A stretch of 64,000 nucleotides of DNA from positions 17,599-81,598 of the forward strand of contig CAMZDY010000001.1 in assembly GCA_947305585.1 (NCBI GenBank), in the 5' to 3' direction. Shown piece by piece: positions 34,329 through 48,098 of this stretch (positions are counted from its first letter, which is position 1; the number at the start of each line of letters is the position of its first letter). The stretch comes from an uncultured Verrucomicrobiota bacterium. GTDB lineage: Bacteria; Verrucomicrobiota; Kiritimatiellia; RFP12; UBA1067. The position numbers were made by a program, and so were the translations under genes. The notes below the pieces were generated by a model. The model was not told the origin of the DNA, made no database searches, and was given only the letters and a program-made list of their open reading frames with translations.

Positions 34329-35370
34329 ACTTGGCCTTCTTGGGAGCCTTCTTGAAGCCGTAGGGATTCTTGCTCTGCCAATTCCAGGCATCGCGGCACA
34401 TTTCCGCGATTCCGCGCTTGGCCTTCCAACCGAGTTCCTTGGCGGCAAGCGAAGGATCCGCCCAGCATTCGGCGATGTCGCCTGGACGGCGAGGCTGGAT
34501 CTTGTAGGGCACCTTGCGCTTGGACGCCTTTTCGAAAGCTTTGACGACCTGCAGCACCGAATAGCCGTTACCGGTGCCGAGGTTGTAGATTTTGAGACCA
34601 AGTTTGGGATTCTTCTCCAGCTTCTCGATAGCCTTGAGATGTCCGAGCGCAAGATCCACCACATGGATGAAATCGCGCACGCCCGTGCCGTCTACCGTCG
34701 GGTAGTCGTTGCCGAACACGTTGAGCTCGGGAAGCCGTCCTACCGCCACCTGAGCCACGTACGGCAGAAGGTTGTTGGGGATGCCGGCCGGATCTTCGCC
34801 GATGAGTCCGCTCTTGTGCGCGCCGATGGGATTGAAGTACCGCAGCAAAATTACGTTCCATTCCGGATCGGCCTTCTGCACATCCTTGAACACCTGCTCC
34901 ATCATGAGCTTCGTCCAACCGTAGGCATTGGTGCAACCGGGCGTCGGGAAGTCTTCGCGGATCGGAACGGACGCGGGATCGCCGTAAACGGTGGCCGAGC
35001 TGGAGAACACGATATTCTTGCAACCATGCGCCGCCAGGCACTTGAGCAGCGTGAACGTGCCTCCCAGATTGTTCTCGTAGTACTTGAGCGGAATGCGGGT
35101 CGATTCGCCCACCGCCTTCAGCGCCGCGAAGTGGATGGTGGCGTCGATTTTGCCTTCCTTGTCCAATACCTGGTTTAGTCCAGCCTCGTCGCGAATGTCC
35201 AGTTCGTAGAACTTGGGGGCCTTGCCGGTGATCTTGCGCACCCGCTTGAGCGACTCCTTGCAGCTGTTGCAAAGGTTGTCTACGATCACCACCTTGTGTC
35301 CGGCATTCAAGAGCTCCACCACCGTGTGGCTACCGATGAAGCCCGCTCCGCCAGTTACCAGAATTTTCAT
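34327..35370 (-). CDS. galE: UDP-glucose 4-epimerase
   Basis: TGGAGFIGSH and the YxxxK short-chain dehydrogenase motifs. Confidence 0.9.
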   Translation of the reverse strand: MKILVTGGAGFIGSHTVVELLNAGHKVVIVDNLCNSCKESLKRVRKITGKAPKFYELDIRDEAGLNQVLDKEGKIDATIHFAALKAVGESTRIPLKYYENNLGGTFTLLKCLAAHGCKNIVFSSSATVYGDPASVPIREDFPTPGCTNAYGWTKLMMEQVFKDVQKADPEWNVILLRYFNPIGAHKSGLIGEDPAGIPNNLLPYVAQVAVGRLPELNVFGNDYPTVDGTGVRDFIHVVDLALGHLKAIEKLEKNPKLGLKIYNLGTGNGYSVLQVVKAFEKASKRKVPYKIQPRRPGDIAECWADPSLAAKELGWKAKRGIAEMCRDAWNWQSKNPYGFKKAPKKAK

Positions 35371-35386
35371 ACTGTTTTCCTTTCTT

Positions 35387-38638
<3,252 letters not shown>

Positions 38639-38694
38639 TGCTTCTCAAACCTTTCTGGCAAAATAAAACTTATGGTTATATATTATACCATAAA

Positions 38695-39240
38695 TCACGA
38701 AAAAACGCAAGACCTTCGCTTGCGTTTCAGAGCAAAAATCGAAAGCCCCGCCAATGTCAGCAACCCCGACGACGGTTCCGGAATAGTGTTGTGCACATCA
38801 ATCACATGGGTAGACTCCATATACCAAGGATTGTAAAGCTCTTCGAACGACACGCTGCCGCTGGTAAGACTTCTGCTCCCGTACAGAATATAATCGGCAT
38901 CTCCCGGGAAAGTTGTCGTATTGAACAGCGCCAAGTAAGCCGAAGCCGCCGTAGTGTTCACACTGAAGTTTTCTGGATTGGTTGCGCTGTATATCTCACT
39001 TTTATAAATCACCGCCGAAGCCGGTATATCCCCCAAATCTTTGCTTCCGCTCTTAAGCAACGTGTTGAAATTTGACTCGTTAAAACTGGCGCTATCAATC
39101 AACATCATGTAATAACCCATCTCGTATGGACGCGATGTGTATTCATCAATCGGATATAGGCTCAGATTGTACTTGACATACACCGCCTCAGCCAAAATAG
39201 GCAAGCTCGAAACCGTCAACAATGCTATTATTCGTTTCAT
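38695..39240 (-). CDS. PEP-CTERM sorting-domain secreted protein, about 181 aa
   Basis: Signal peptide MKRIIALLTVSSLPILA and C-terminal PEPSSGLLTLAGLSIFALKRKRR. Confidence 0.65.
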   Translation of the reverse strand: MKRIIALLTVSSLPILAEAVYVKYNLSLYPIDEYTSRPYEMGYYMMLIDSASFNESNFNTLLKSGSKDLGDIPASAVIYKSEIYSATNPENFSVNTTAASAYLALFNTTTFPGDADYILYGSRSLTSGSVSFEELYNPWYMESTHVIDVHNTIPEPSSGLLTLAGLSIFALKRKRRSCVFS

Positions 39241-39254
39241 TATCTGTATCCTCC

Positions 39255-39989
39255 TTAAAGATCGTACGGCGGGGGCGAAACCCGCGCCTCGAAATCCTCC
39301 TGCGTCCACACCCGGTAGCGCTCCTCCTCCCGCACCGCCAGATATTCCCGGTATCCCTCGCGCCAGATCATGTAGGCGATGAGTAGCCGCACGAGCCCCC
39401 AACTGCCGCCGCTCAAGATGGCGTCAAGACCGGAAAATCCCAACACGATCGCAAGCGCCCTGCCCACCCACATGGCAATCAACGTGGCCTTTTCGCGATT
39501 GAAGAAAATGCGCATGACCGACCGGAAAATCCGTCCCCCGTCCATCGGAAAGCCGGGCAGCAAATTGAACGCCCCCAGCATCACGTTCATCCATCCCATG
39601 TAGTAGAACATCGACGCCAGCCAGCGATTGTGCGTGGGCACGGTTTCGAACAGGAGGAAACCGATCCCCGCCAGCACAAAGCTCACCAAGGGCCCGGCGA
39701 TGGCCGTAAGGAACTCCTTCCAGGCCTTCCGCGGGAGCGCGATTAGGCTCGCGCATCCGCCCAAGAGCGAAATCGTGATGTCGCGCGTGCGGTAGCCGAA
39801 CGCCGCCGCCGTAAGCGCATGGCCCAGCTCGTGCGCCACGATCGAAATGGCCAGAATCAAGGCCGCCCCCGCGCCGTACGTGAGCGAACCGGAGTTCACC
39901 ACCATCATCAAAAGGAGAAAAACGCAACTCGCATCCACATAGATCGGAATGTCGAAGAGCTCTCCCAGTTTGTATTTCCCGTTAAGCAT
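39255..39989 (-). CDS. Site-2 protease-family (M50) membrane metalloprotease
   Basis: HELGH zinc motif within transmembrane helices. Confidence 0.7.
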   Translation of the reverse strand: MLNGKYKLGELFDIPIYVDASCVFLLLMMVVNSGSLTYGAGAALILAISIVAHELGHALTAAAFGYRTRDITISLLGGCASLIALPRKAWKEFLTAIAGPLVSFVLAGIGFLLFETVPTHNRWLASMFYYMGWMNVMLGAFNLLPGFPMDGGRIFRSVMRIFFNREKATLIAMWVGRALAIVLGFSGLDAILSGGSWGLVRLLIAYMIWREGYREYLAVREEERYRVWTQEDFEARVSPPPYDL

Positions 39990-40941
39990 AAGACTTCAAA
40001 ATTGCGTATCCCCGCCGGTTGATGATTTCGACTTGCGGAAAATACTTCTCCTGCACCGGCCTCAAGTTTTCCGCGTTCTTTACTACCGTATAGCACGCAC
40101 CGCCCGGCTTGAGACAGCGCCGGGCCGTATCCAGAAACACCTCGGCGATGCGATAGTCGGAATAGTACGGAGGATTCCCCGCAAACACGTCGAATCCGGT
40201 TTCCTCCGTCCCGTTGTCGGACAAGACCACCTTGCCCTCCACGCCTAGGTTCTTCATGTTTTCTTCCGCCGCCTCGACCGCCCGCGTATGCGAATCGACG
40301 AGCGTAAGGTCGCACGGCACTACGGAATTGACGAGGAGACCCACCATTCCGGAGCCGCATCCCATATCCAGAAGTTTCGGTTTTTTCACTCCGGCCGCCT
40401 TCAGTTCCCGGCTCACCACCTCCGCCAGCGCCAATCCCCCCTCGTCGCTCCGGCGATGGCAAAAGCATCCCGGATACGAGCAAAGTTTAAGTTTGGGTCC
40501 GCCCGGCACGCTCGCTTCCCACTCCGCGCGGAATACGCGGTGGCGCTTCATGTCGCGAACCTTGTCCATAAGATCGTTCCGGTCTCGCTCGCGGCCCACG
40601 TAGTCGAGTTCCCATTTGCACCCCAGCGATGCGATCTCCTGCAGAAGATCGAGCGCCAGCTCGCCCGGCATGAGTTTGGGACCGGTGCGGAACTTTACAA
40701 GATCCCAATGTTCGTCCGGGATGTGCGGCGTACAGATTACGCGATCGCGCTTGAAAATCTTCTTGATCGAATGGTAGTGGTAGATGTCCAGAGTGTGGAC
40801 GGTCGTGTCACCCTCCAACATCCGGTTCGTAAGGTCGGAAACCTTATAGCCTACCAGCAGCGTTTTCAATCCGTTCAATCGTTTTTGCTTTGCCCACGAG
40901 TTCCAGCATCTCGAAAAGTCCCGGTCCGTCCATCCGTCCAC
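39982..40941 (-). CDS. Class I SAM-dependent methyltransferase (RsmC/RlmG-like rRNA methyltransferase family)
   Basis: SAM motif LLDMGCGSGMVG and NPPY substrate motif. Confidence 0.6.
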   Translation of the reverse strand: MDGWTDRDFSRCWNSWAKQKRLNGLKTLLVGYKVSDLTNRMLEGDTTVHTLDIYHYHSIKKIFKRDRVICTPHIPDEHWDLVKFRTGPKLMPGELALDLLQEIASLGCKWELDYVGRERDRNDLMDKVRDMKRHRVFRAEWEASVPGGPKLKLCSYPGCFCHRRSDEGGLALAEVVSRELKAAGVKKPKLLDMGCGSGMVGLLVNSVVPCDLTLVDSHTRAVEAAEENMKNLGVEGKVVLSDNGTEETGFDVFAGNPPYYSDYRIAEVFLDTARRCLKPGGACYTVVKNAENLRPVQEKYFPQVEIINRRGYAILKSYA

Positions 40942-42151
40942 TCACCGCCACCCTGACCGGATGCACCCAGGGCCCCATGCCGTTGCCCTGGCTCAGCTCC
41001 TTCACGAGCGCCTCCAAAACCGGCGCCCTCCAGTCCTCCACCGCCCCGAAACGCCCAGCGAGATCGAGGAGGATCTCCTTGACGCCCGGCTTCGCGAGCC
41101 GCTTCTCCACCGCCTTGGGATCCACAGGATAATCGTCGCCGAAGAGGTAGCTAACTGACGCGGGCATGTCGTTCAGCGTCTTGGTGCGGGGTTTCATCTG
41201 GGCTACGAAAAGCTCCCACCACTCGTCGCTCCTCCCGTCCGCGGCCGGCCCCACCTTCTCCATCGCGAGCGCCTTGAAGTTGGCGTCTGGGATCTGCTTA
41301 ATGTATTCGCCGTTCATCCACGCGAGCTTCTTGGGGTCAAACATCGCCGCCGTCACGTGCACCTTCTCGAGCTCGAAGAGTTTTATCATCTCTTCGCGGC
41401 TCAGGATCTCGCGGTCGTCGCCGGGGTTCCACCCGAGGAGCAGCAGGTAGTTGAAGAGCGCCTCCGGCAGATACCCCTGTTCGCGATATTCGCCCACGAA
41501 CGCCGCGCCGTCGCGCTTGGAGTAGGGCTTGCCCTGCTGATTGACGATCATCGAAAGATGGCCATACTTGGGGATCGGCGCGCCTAGGGCCTTGAAGATC
41601 TCGATATGCTTAAAAGTGTTCTCCACGTGGTCATCGCCCCGGATGATGTGCGTCACGCGCTGGTCGATATCATCCACCACGTTCGCGATGTGGAAGATGG
41701 GCGAACCGTCGCTCCGGACGATGGCGAAATCCTGCACATCCTCCGCCTTCTTGGACATGTGCCCCTTCACGATGTCGTCGAACTCGATCGTGCCTTCCTT
41801 GGGCATGCGGAACATGGTGACGATGCCGGTCTTGCCGTCGCGCGAAGTCTTCTCCACCTCGTAGGCGCGGCCCATCGCCTTCAGCTGCTCCACCACCTCC
41901 AGATGACGCTTGACGTTCTTTGTCTGGTAAAAGACCTCCTCGTCGTAATCGAGCCCCAGCCACTTCATGCAGTCGAACAGCACCTGGATTGCTTCCGGTG
42001 TGGATCTTTCGAGATCGGTATCCTCCACCCGCAACAGGAATTTGCCGCCCGTGTGACGCGCGAACAGCCAGTTGTAGATGGCCGCGCGGATATTCCCGAT
42101 ATGCACCTTGCCGGTGGGCGAAGGCGCGAAACGCACTCTTATGTCAGACAT
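40844..42151 (-). CDS. gltX: Glutamyl-tRNA synthetase
   Basis: HIGH-type motif (PSPTGKVHIGN) and KMSKS-class core. Start MSDIRVRF. Confidence 0.85.
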   Translation of the reverse strand: MSDIRVRFAPSPTGKVHIGNIRAAIYNWLFARHTGGKFLLRVEDTDLERSTPEAIQVLFDCMKWLGLDYDEEVFYQTKNVKRHLEVVEQLKAMGRAYEVEKTSRDGKTGIVTMFRMPKEGTIEFDDIVKGHMSKKAEDVQDFAIVRSDGSPIFHIANVVDDIDQRVTHIIRGDDHVENTFKHIEIFKALGAPIPKYGHLSMIVNQQGKPYSKRDGAAFVGEYREQGYLPEALFNYLLLLGWNPGDDREILSREEMIKLFELEKVHVTAAMFDPKKLAWMNGEYIKQIPDANFKALAMEKVGPAADGRSDEWWELFVAQMKPRTKTLNDMPASVSYLFGDDYPVDPKAVEKRLAKPGVKEILLDLAGRFGAVEDWRAPVLEALVKELSQGNGMGPWVHPVRVAVSGRMDGPGLFEMLELVGKAKTIERIENAAGRL

Positions 42152-43469
42152 TTTCCAATATTCTCCTGGCCCATTCGCGAGCCTTGCCGAACTGCGTGAA
42201 TCCATACGACTCGTTGGGGCTGTGGATGCGGTCTTCCGCCTGCCCCCAGCCAACGATGAGCGGAGACGCGCCGCTCACTTCCTTCAACACCGACACCACC
42301 GGAATCGAGGCTCCATCCCATTGGAACACCGCGCCTCTCGGATCCATCTCTTTCAAGACTTCCGCCGCAAGCCGGAACACCGGCGAATCGATGGGGAGGC
42401 GGAATCCTCCCGCGCCCTCCGCCTCTTCCGGAAACTCCACCTTCATTCCCGCGGGGCAATGTTCCTCCAGATGACGCTTGACACAATCGATCGCCCGGCG
42501 TGGACTCTGACCCGGCACGAGCCGCATCGAAATCTTGGCGATGGCGACGGCCGGAATTACCGTCTTGCTGCCCGCACCGCCATATCCCGAATGGATCCCG
42601 TTCACCTCGATGGTGGGACGGAAACCCAGCGCCTCCGCCAGATTCTCCGCTACAGTATCGGTACCGATATCTTTTCTGAAATCTTCTTTCGAGGGCGTGG
42701 ACTCGTTGGCGAGCCGGATTTCCTCCGCGCTCGGCGCTTCGATGCCGTCCATAAAGCCCGCCACCCGGATGTTACCTTTCTCGTCGTGCAGCGTGGCCAG
42801 CAACCGTGCGATTCCCAACGCCGCGTTAGGCGCCACCCCGCCGTATTCCCCGGAATGAAGATCGCGATTGACCCCCGTGAGCTTGACGGTGAAGTGGCAA
42901 ACGCCGCGCAATCCCGCCACGATCGAAGGACGCAAATCCGCTGCAGCCGCCGTATCGCATACGAGCATCACGTCGGCCGCCAGCCGCTTCCTCAAATCTG
43001 GCGCCATTTTGATCAGCGCGGGCGACCCGCTCTCCTCCTGTCCCTCAAGGCACAGTTTGATGGTAGGTGCAGGGAGCCCCTTCACCGACTGCCGGTCGAG
43101 ATAATCGCCCACTCCGGTCAAGAACGCGAAAAGCTGGCCCTTGTCATCCTGTGCGCCCCGGCAATAAACCCGGCCGTCTTTGACCGTCGGCTCGAAAGGT
43201 GGAGTTTTCCACTCCTCCAGCGGATCCGCCGGCTGCACGTCGTAATGGCCGTATACTAGCACGGTGGCGGGATTTTCGCCCTTGCGTTCGGCAATCAGAA
43301 CCGGAGGTGCGAAGTCTCTCGTTTCCAGCGCGACCGTAAAGCCCATCTCCTCCACGAACGCCTTGAGCCACATCGCGGTTTGCGTGCACTCCTTGAGCTT
43401 GGAGGGGTCGGAAGAGACGGACTCCAGCTTCAGAAGCTCGAAATACCGATTGAGAACCTTGGTTTCCAT
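42144..43469 (-). CDS. M20-family dipeptidase / acetylornithine deacetylase-like hydrolase
   Basis: HYDVQP...GAQDDKG...EGQEESGS metal-binding motifs. Start METKVLNRY. The upstream extension was rejected. Confidence 0.7.
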   Translation of the reverse strand: METKVLNRYFELLKLESVSSDPSKLKECTQTAMWLKAFVEEMGFTVALETRDFAPPVLIAERKGENPATVLVYGHYDVQPADPLEEWKTPPFEPTVKDGRVYCRGAQDDKGQLFAFLTGVGDYLDRQSVKGLPAPTIKLCLEGQEESGSPALIKMAPDLRKRLAADVMLVCDTAAAADLRPSIVAGLRGVCHFTVKLTGVNRDLHSGEYGGVAPNAALGIARLLATLHDEKGNIRVAGFMDGIEAPSAEEIRLANESTPSKEDFRKDIGTDTVAENLAEALGFRPTIEVNGIHSGYGGAGSKTVIPAVAIAKISMRLVPGQSPRRAIDCVKRHLEEHCPAGMKVEFPEEAEGAGGFRLPIDSPVFRLAAEVLKEMDPRGAVFQWDGASIPVVSVLKEVSGASPLIVGWGQAEDRIHSPNESYGFTQFGKAREWARRILENV

Positions 43470-44917
43470 TACGCTTTTTTCATCTGCGGGAAGAGCACCA
43501 CGTCCCGGATGCCGTCCATCCCCGTGAGCAACATCACCAGCCGGTCCACGCCGAACCCGAGGCCGCCGGTGGGCGGCATGCCGCACTCGAGCGCGCTGAT
43601 GAAGTCTTCGTCGATCTTCTCCGTATCCTCGCCCGCCTGGTGCTCCAACGCCTTGCGCTGCTCCAAGGGATCGTTCTGCTCGGTGTAGCCGGGACATAGT
43701 TCGCGTCCCGCCACCACAAACTCGAACACGTCCACGAGGCTCGGGTCGTCCTTGCACGCCTTGGCAAGCGGCACGAACTCGTGCGGCAGACGAGTCACGA
43801 AAGTAGGCTGACGCAACCCCTTCTCGATGATCTTGTCGTAGATTTCATGGGTAAGCATGAGCTCCGTATCCACGCCGTCCAGCTCCAGATTGACTTCGCG
43901 CGCCTGCGCGATCTCCTTGGCTTTGGCAAGCTGCGTGGCGAAATCGAGCCCGAACCAGTCTTCGCCCATCAGTTCCTTCACGAGATCCCGGTACGCCACG
44001 CGGCGGTAAGGCGGAGTGAAATCGATAATCTCCTTCTCCTCGCCGTATTCGATCTGACGCTTCCCCACCACCGTGTCGCACAGATGCGGCAGGAGACCTT
44101 CCATGATCGCCTCCATGCTCGTCCTGTCGCCGTAGGCCTCGTAGATTTCGCACACGGTGAATTCCGGGTTGTGGCTGCGGTCGATGCCTTCGTTGCGGAA
44201 GTCCTTGCCGAGCTCGAACACCTTGTTCATTCCGCCCACGATCAACCGCTTCAGATAGAGTTCTGGCGCGATACGGAGCACCATATCCTGGTCGAGCGCG
44301 TTGAACCGGGTATGGAACGGCTTGGCGGCCGCCCCTCCCGCCTGCGACTGCAGAATGGGCGTCTCCACCTCGTGGAAACCCCGACTCCACAAATACTTGC
44401 GCGTCTCTTTGATGATCTCCGAACGCATGAAGAAGCGATTGCGGCTATCGTCGTTCGTCATCAGATCCACGTAGCGCCGGCGATACTTCTCCTCCTGGTC
44501 CACGAGACCGTGAAACTTCTCCGGCGGCTGCTCCAGCGCCTTGGCGAGCATCGTCATTTCCTTGACGATCACGCTCTTCTCGCCCTTCTGGGTGGTGAAA
44601 AGCGTCCCCTCCACGCCGATAATGTCGCCGAGATTGAGCTGCTTGAAGGCCGCGAACTGCGTTTCGGAAAGCTCGTCGCGCTTGAAGATGAGCTGGAAAC
44701 GGTCCGTGCCGTCGTTCATGGTGGCGAAGTTCATCTTGCCCATCTTGCGGATCATGAGGAGCCGCCCCGCCACACGGGCGGACGCCCCCTCCACAAACGT
44801 CTCGCGGACGATCTTCAGATCCGTATGGTCGAACTTCGCTCCGTAAGGCTCGAAGCCCATTTCCTTAAGCGCCCGCATGCTCGCCAGGCGCTGCTCGCGG
44901 TACTCGTTACTCTCCAT
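43469..44917 (-). CDS. lysS: Lysyl-tRNA synthetase (class II)
   Basis: OB-fold N-terminus and class II motifs. Confidence 0.9.
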   Translation of the reverse strand: MESNEYREQRLASMRALKEMGFEPYGAKFDHTDLKIVRETFVEGASARVAGRLLMIRKMGKMNFATMNDGTDRFQLIFKRDELSETQFAAFKQLNLGDIIGVEGTLFTTQKGEKSVIVKEMTMLAKALEQPPEKFHGLVDQEEKYRRRYVDLMTNDDSRNRFFMRSEIIKETRKYLWSRGFHEVETPILQSQAGGAAAKPFHTRFNALDQDMVLRIAPELYLKRLIVGGMNKVFELGKDFRNEGIDRSHNPEFTVCEIYEAYGDRTSMEAIMEGLLPHLCDTVVGKRQIEYGEEKEIIDFTPPYRRVAYRDLVKELMGEDWFGLDFATQLAKAKEIAQAREVNLELDGVDTELMLTHEIYDKIIEKGLRQPTFVTRLPHEFVPLAKACKDDPSLVDVFEFVVAGRELCPGYTEQNDPLEQRKALEHQAGEDTEKIDEDFISALECGMPPTGGLGFGVDRLVMLLTGMDGIRDVVLFPQMKKA

Positions 44918-46100
44918 ACACGTTGTCCAGCGCGTCGCCGATCATGTCCAGCGCGTCCTCGAGGTCGCTTTCCTTGAGAATCAAGGGCGGCAGGAACCGG
45001 ACCACGTTCGTTCCGGCCGTAAGCGCCAGGATACCCATCTCCTTGAGCGCGTCCACCACTTCCTTGGGGTCGCCGTCCACCACGAGACCGATCATCATGC
45101 CCTTGCCGCGCACTTCGAGGAGCTTGTCGTACTGGTCCACCTTCTCCTGCAGCGCGTTCATGAAAAGTTCGCCCATTTCCGCCGCCTTCTGCGGCAGGTT
45201 GTTCTTTTCGGTGAAACCGATCACCGCCAACGCCGCCGAAGCCGCCACCGGGTTGCCGCCGAAAGTTGATGCGTGGTCGCCGGGACCGAACACGTCCGCC
45301 ACCTTCTCGCTACCCACCAAAGCGCCCATCGGGAGCCCTCCCGCCAGCGCCTTCGCAAGCGTGAACATGTCAGGCTTTACGTCGTAGCCCTGCCAGGCGA
45401 ACATCGTGCCGGTGCGGCCCATGCCCGTCTGCACTTCGTCTACGATCATCAGGAGATCCTTCTCGTCGCAAAGCGCGCGCACGCCTTCCATGAATTCCTG
45501 CGTGGCCGGGTTCACCCCGCCTTCGCCCTGCACCGCCTCCAGCATGATGGCCACCGTCTTGTCGGTCACGGCCGCCTTGACGCTTTCGAGATCGTTGAAG
45601 TCCGCATAGGCGAAACCGGTGGGCAGGGGATCGTACCCCTCCTGGCACCACGCCTGGCCGGTGGCCGCCACCATCGCGAGCGTCCGGCCGTGAAAACCAC
45701 CCCTCATCGTGATAACCTCGTAGCGACCCGTGGCGCTGCCGTACTTGCGCGCCAGCTTCACCGCCGCCTCGTTGGCTTCCGCTCCGGAATTGGCGAAGAA
45801 CACCTTGCCGCCAAGACCCGAAAGCTCCACCAGCTTCTTGGCGAGCGCCGTCTGCGGCACGTTCACGAAGAGGTTCGAGGAGTGGGTAAGGAACGAAGCC
45901 TGCTTGGCGACGGCCTCTGCGATCACCGGATTGCCGTAGCCGCACGTATGGATGCCGATGCCGGAGGTGAAATCGTAGTACTTCCTGCCGTCCACGTCGC
46001 TCACCGTCACGCCCTTGCCGCTCATCAGCGCCACGCTGGGAGTGTAGGTGGGCATCACCACGCTCTTGTAGATATCGATTACATCCGAATTTTTGCTCAT
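44907..46100 (-). CDS. argD: Acetylornithine aminotransferase
   Basis: Class III aminotransferase with PLP lysine region. Overlaps argB by 4 nt. Confidence 0.8.
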   Translation of the reverse strand: MSKNSDVIDIYKSVVMPTYTPSVALMSGKGVTVSDVDGRKYYDFTSGIGIHTCGYGNPVIAEAVAKQASFLTHSSNLFVNVPQTALAKKLVELSGLGGKVFFANSGAEANEAAVKLARKYGSATGRYEVITMRGGFHGRTLAMVAATGQAWCQEGYDPLPTGFAYADFNDLESVKAAVTDKTVAIMLEAVQGEGGVNPATQEFMEGVRALCDEKDLLMIVDEVQTGMGRTGTMFAWQGYDVKPDMFTLAKALAGGLPMGALVGSEKVADVFGPGDHASTFGGNPVAASAALAVIGFTEKNNLPQKAAEMGELFMNALQEKVDQYDKLLEVRGKGMMIGLVVDGDPKEVVDALKEMGILALTAGTNVVRFLPPLILKESDLEDALDMIGDALDNVYGE

Positions 46101-46957
46101 TCTGTTATCTCCGTTCCCACGCCGTCGCGCGTGAATATTTCCAGTATCAGCGAATGTGACATGCGTCCGTCCACCAGGTGCACCTTGCGCACCCCGGCCC
46201 GGAGAGCCTCTTCGCAACTTTCGATTTTCGGGAGCATCCCCCCGCCGATTACTCCCCCCGCCTTAAGTTCCGCCGTGTCCGGCAGCCTCAGCGAAGAGAT
46301 TAGCGATTCCGGATCGGTCGGGTCCTTCAACAGGCCCGGCACGTCCGACACCAAAGCGAATTTTCTTACCTTCAGCGCCTTCGCAAGCGCCGCCGCGGCG
46401 ATGTCCGCGTTTACGTTGTAGAGGTGCTGATCGCCCTTGCCGGTGGCGATAGGCGTGATGACCGGCACGATACTCGCGTCCAGCATCTCCACGACCGGCC
46501 TGGTATCCACTTCGCACACCCGCCCCACATAGCCCCGGTCGGGCTCAACTATCTTTTCGGCCGTGAAAATCCAGTTGCCGTGCAAAGGCCGGGCGTTCGT
46601 GCCGGTGCGCTGCAGGCGACGGATGATATCTGGATTCACCACGTTATTGAGCGTCCGGCGCACGATTTCCATCGTCTTTTCGTCCGTTACCCGCTGTCCG
46701 GCCACGAAAGTAGGCGTATTCCCGCTCTCCTGGATAGCCCGACTGATCGCCTTGCCGCCACCATGCACCAATACCACCTTGATGCCCACCGCCCGCATGA
46801 ACGAAATGTCGTTGATGACGGAATCGAGATTCTCCTCGATTTCCATCACCGAGCCGCCAAGCTTCACCAACACAACCGAACCCTTGAAGTCCTGTATGTA
46901 CGGCAATGCTTCGGTCAAAACCGCGGCCTTGGCCATAGCTGTAGATACTTTATCCAT
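46097..46957 (-). CDS. argB: Acetylglutamate kinase
   Basis: Amino-acid kinase fold (VLVKLGGSV). Confidence 0.85.
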   Translation of the reverse strand: MDKVSTAMAKAAVLTEALPYIQDFKGSVVLVKLGGSVMEIEENLDSVINDISFMRAVGIKVVLVHGGGKAISRAIQESGNTPTFVAGQRVTDEKTMEIVRRTLNNVVNPDIIRRLQRTGTNARPLHGNWIFTAEKIVEPDRGYVGRVCEVDTRPVVEMLDASIVPVITPIATGKGDQHLYNVNADIAAAALAKALKVRKFALVSDVPGLLKDPTDPESLISSLRLPDTAELKAGGVIGGGMLPKIESCEEALRAGVRKVHLVDGRMSHSLILEIFTRDGVGTEITE

Positions 46958-47000
46958 TTTGATATGATATTATATCATATTTCCGCCCAAATTGCAATAG

Positions 47001-47040
47001 AAAAAATGAAAAATCGAAAATAGGGCTATGGTGGATAGCC
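47001..47040 (-). terminator. Rho-independent terminator downstream of the transporter gene (hairpin GGCTAT-ccacc-ATAGCC plus a T-rich run on minus)
   Basis: Seen directly. Confidence 0.4.
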
Positions 47041-47074
47041 AAAGCGCGGACGAAAAACGCTCCCTCCGGGCTTG

Positions 47075-48055
47075 TTACAAACTAGCCTCTTTCTTCCCTT
47101 TATGGACGATCAAGGCATCGGCCAGATTAAACACGCCAGCCATCAACGCGCCGGAAATCGAATGCCATACGCACGATACGGCCGAAGCGATCGCCGCTTC
47201 CGGCATGACCGGGAAATGTCGCCCGGCCAGCACGGTCGCAAGTCCCGCATTCTGCATGCCGACCTCGATCGAAATGGTGCGCCGTTTGGGCTTGGTGAAC
47301 CCAGCGACCAGGCCCACCAGATAACCCAGCACGTACCCGAGCGAGTTGTGCAAGAACACCCCCACGAAAATAAGCATCCCCGATGATGCAAACCGGTGCC
47401 CGTGCGCCGACACCACCGCGCCCACAATGCAGGCAAGCCCCAGCACCGCCACGCCCGGCATCACTTTGATGGTTTCGCGGTAGACGGTTCGCCGTCCCAG
47501 CCAAGTGTTAAGCCCGAAGCCCAACGCCACCGGCAAAATCGTCACCAATAGGATCGACTTGAACATTCCGGCGGCGTCCACGTCCACGCTTTCGCCCGCC
47601 AACCACATCATGAGTAACGGCGTCATCAACGGCGCGGCCAGCGTGGAAAGCGAAGTCATGCCGACCGAAAACGCCACGTCGCCCTTGCAGAGAAAAGTCA
47701 TGATGTTCGACGAAACCCCGCCCGGACAGCACCCCACCAGCATCAATCCCACGCCCACCGGCTTGGGCAATCCCAGACTGTGCACCAGACACCAGGCGAT
47801 CAGCGGCATCAGCGTATACTGCGCCACCGAACCGATCACCATATCGAGCGGACGCGAAGCCAGAATGCGGAAATCCTCACCCTTGAGCGTCATGCCCATC
47901 GCGAGCATGATCACGCCCAAAATCGAAGTCTGCACGTTGCCGCGCACCCAACCGAATGCCTCCGGCACGAAATAGGTGGCTACCGCCACCCCCGCCACGA
48001 ACGCCGGAGTGTACTTGGACAGCCACGCCGACAATTTTTGCATCAAGGCCAACAT
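47075..48055 (-). CDS. Bile acid:sodium symporter (BASS)-family transporter
   Basis: Ten-transmembrane pattern with the BASS signature. Confidence 0.65.
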   Translation of the reverse strand: MLALMQKLSAWLSKYTPAFVAGVAVATYFVPEAFGWVRGNVQTSILGVIMLAMGMTLKGEDFRILASRPLDMVIGSVAQYTLMPLIAWCLVHSLGLPKPVGVGLMLVGCCPGGVSSNIMTFLCKGDVAFSVGMTSLSTLAAPLMTPLLMMWLAGESVDVDAAGMFKSILLVTILPVALGFGLNTWLGRRTVYRETIKVMPGVAVLGLACIVGAVVSAHGHRFASSGMLIFVGVFLHNSLGYVLGYLVGLVAGFTKPKRRTISIEVGMQNAGLATVLAGRHFPVMPEAAIASAVSCVWHSISGALMAGVFNLADALIVHKGKKEASL

Positions 48056-48098
48056 ATCGTCATCTCCAACCTCTCCATCCGGTTTGGCCGATCGGTCC

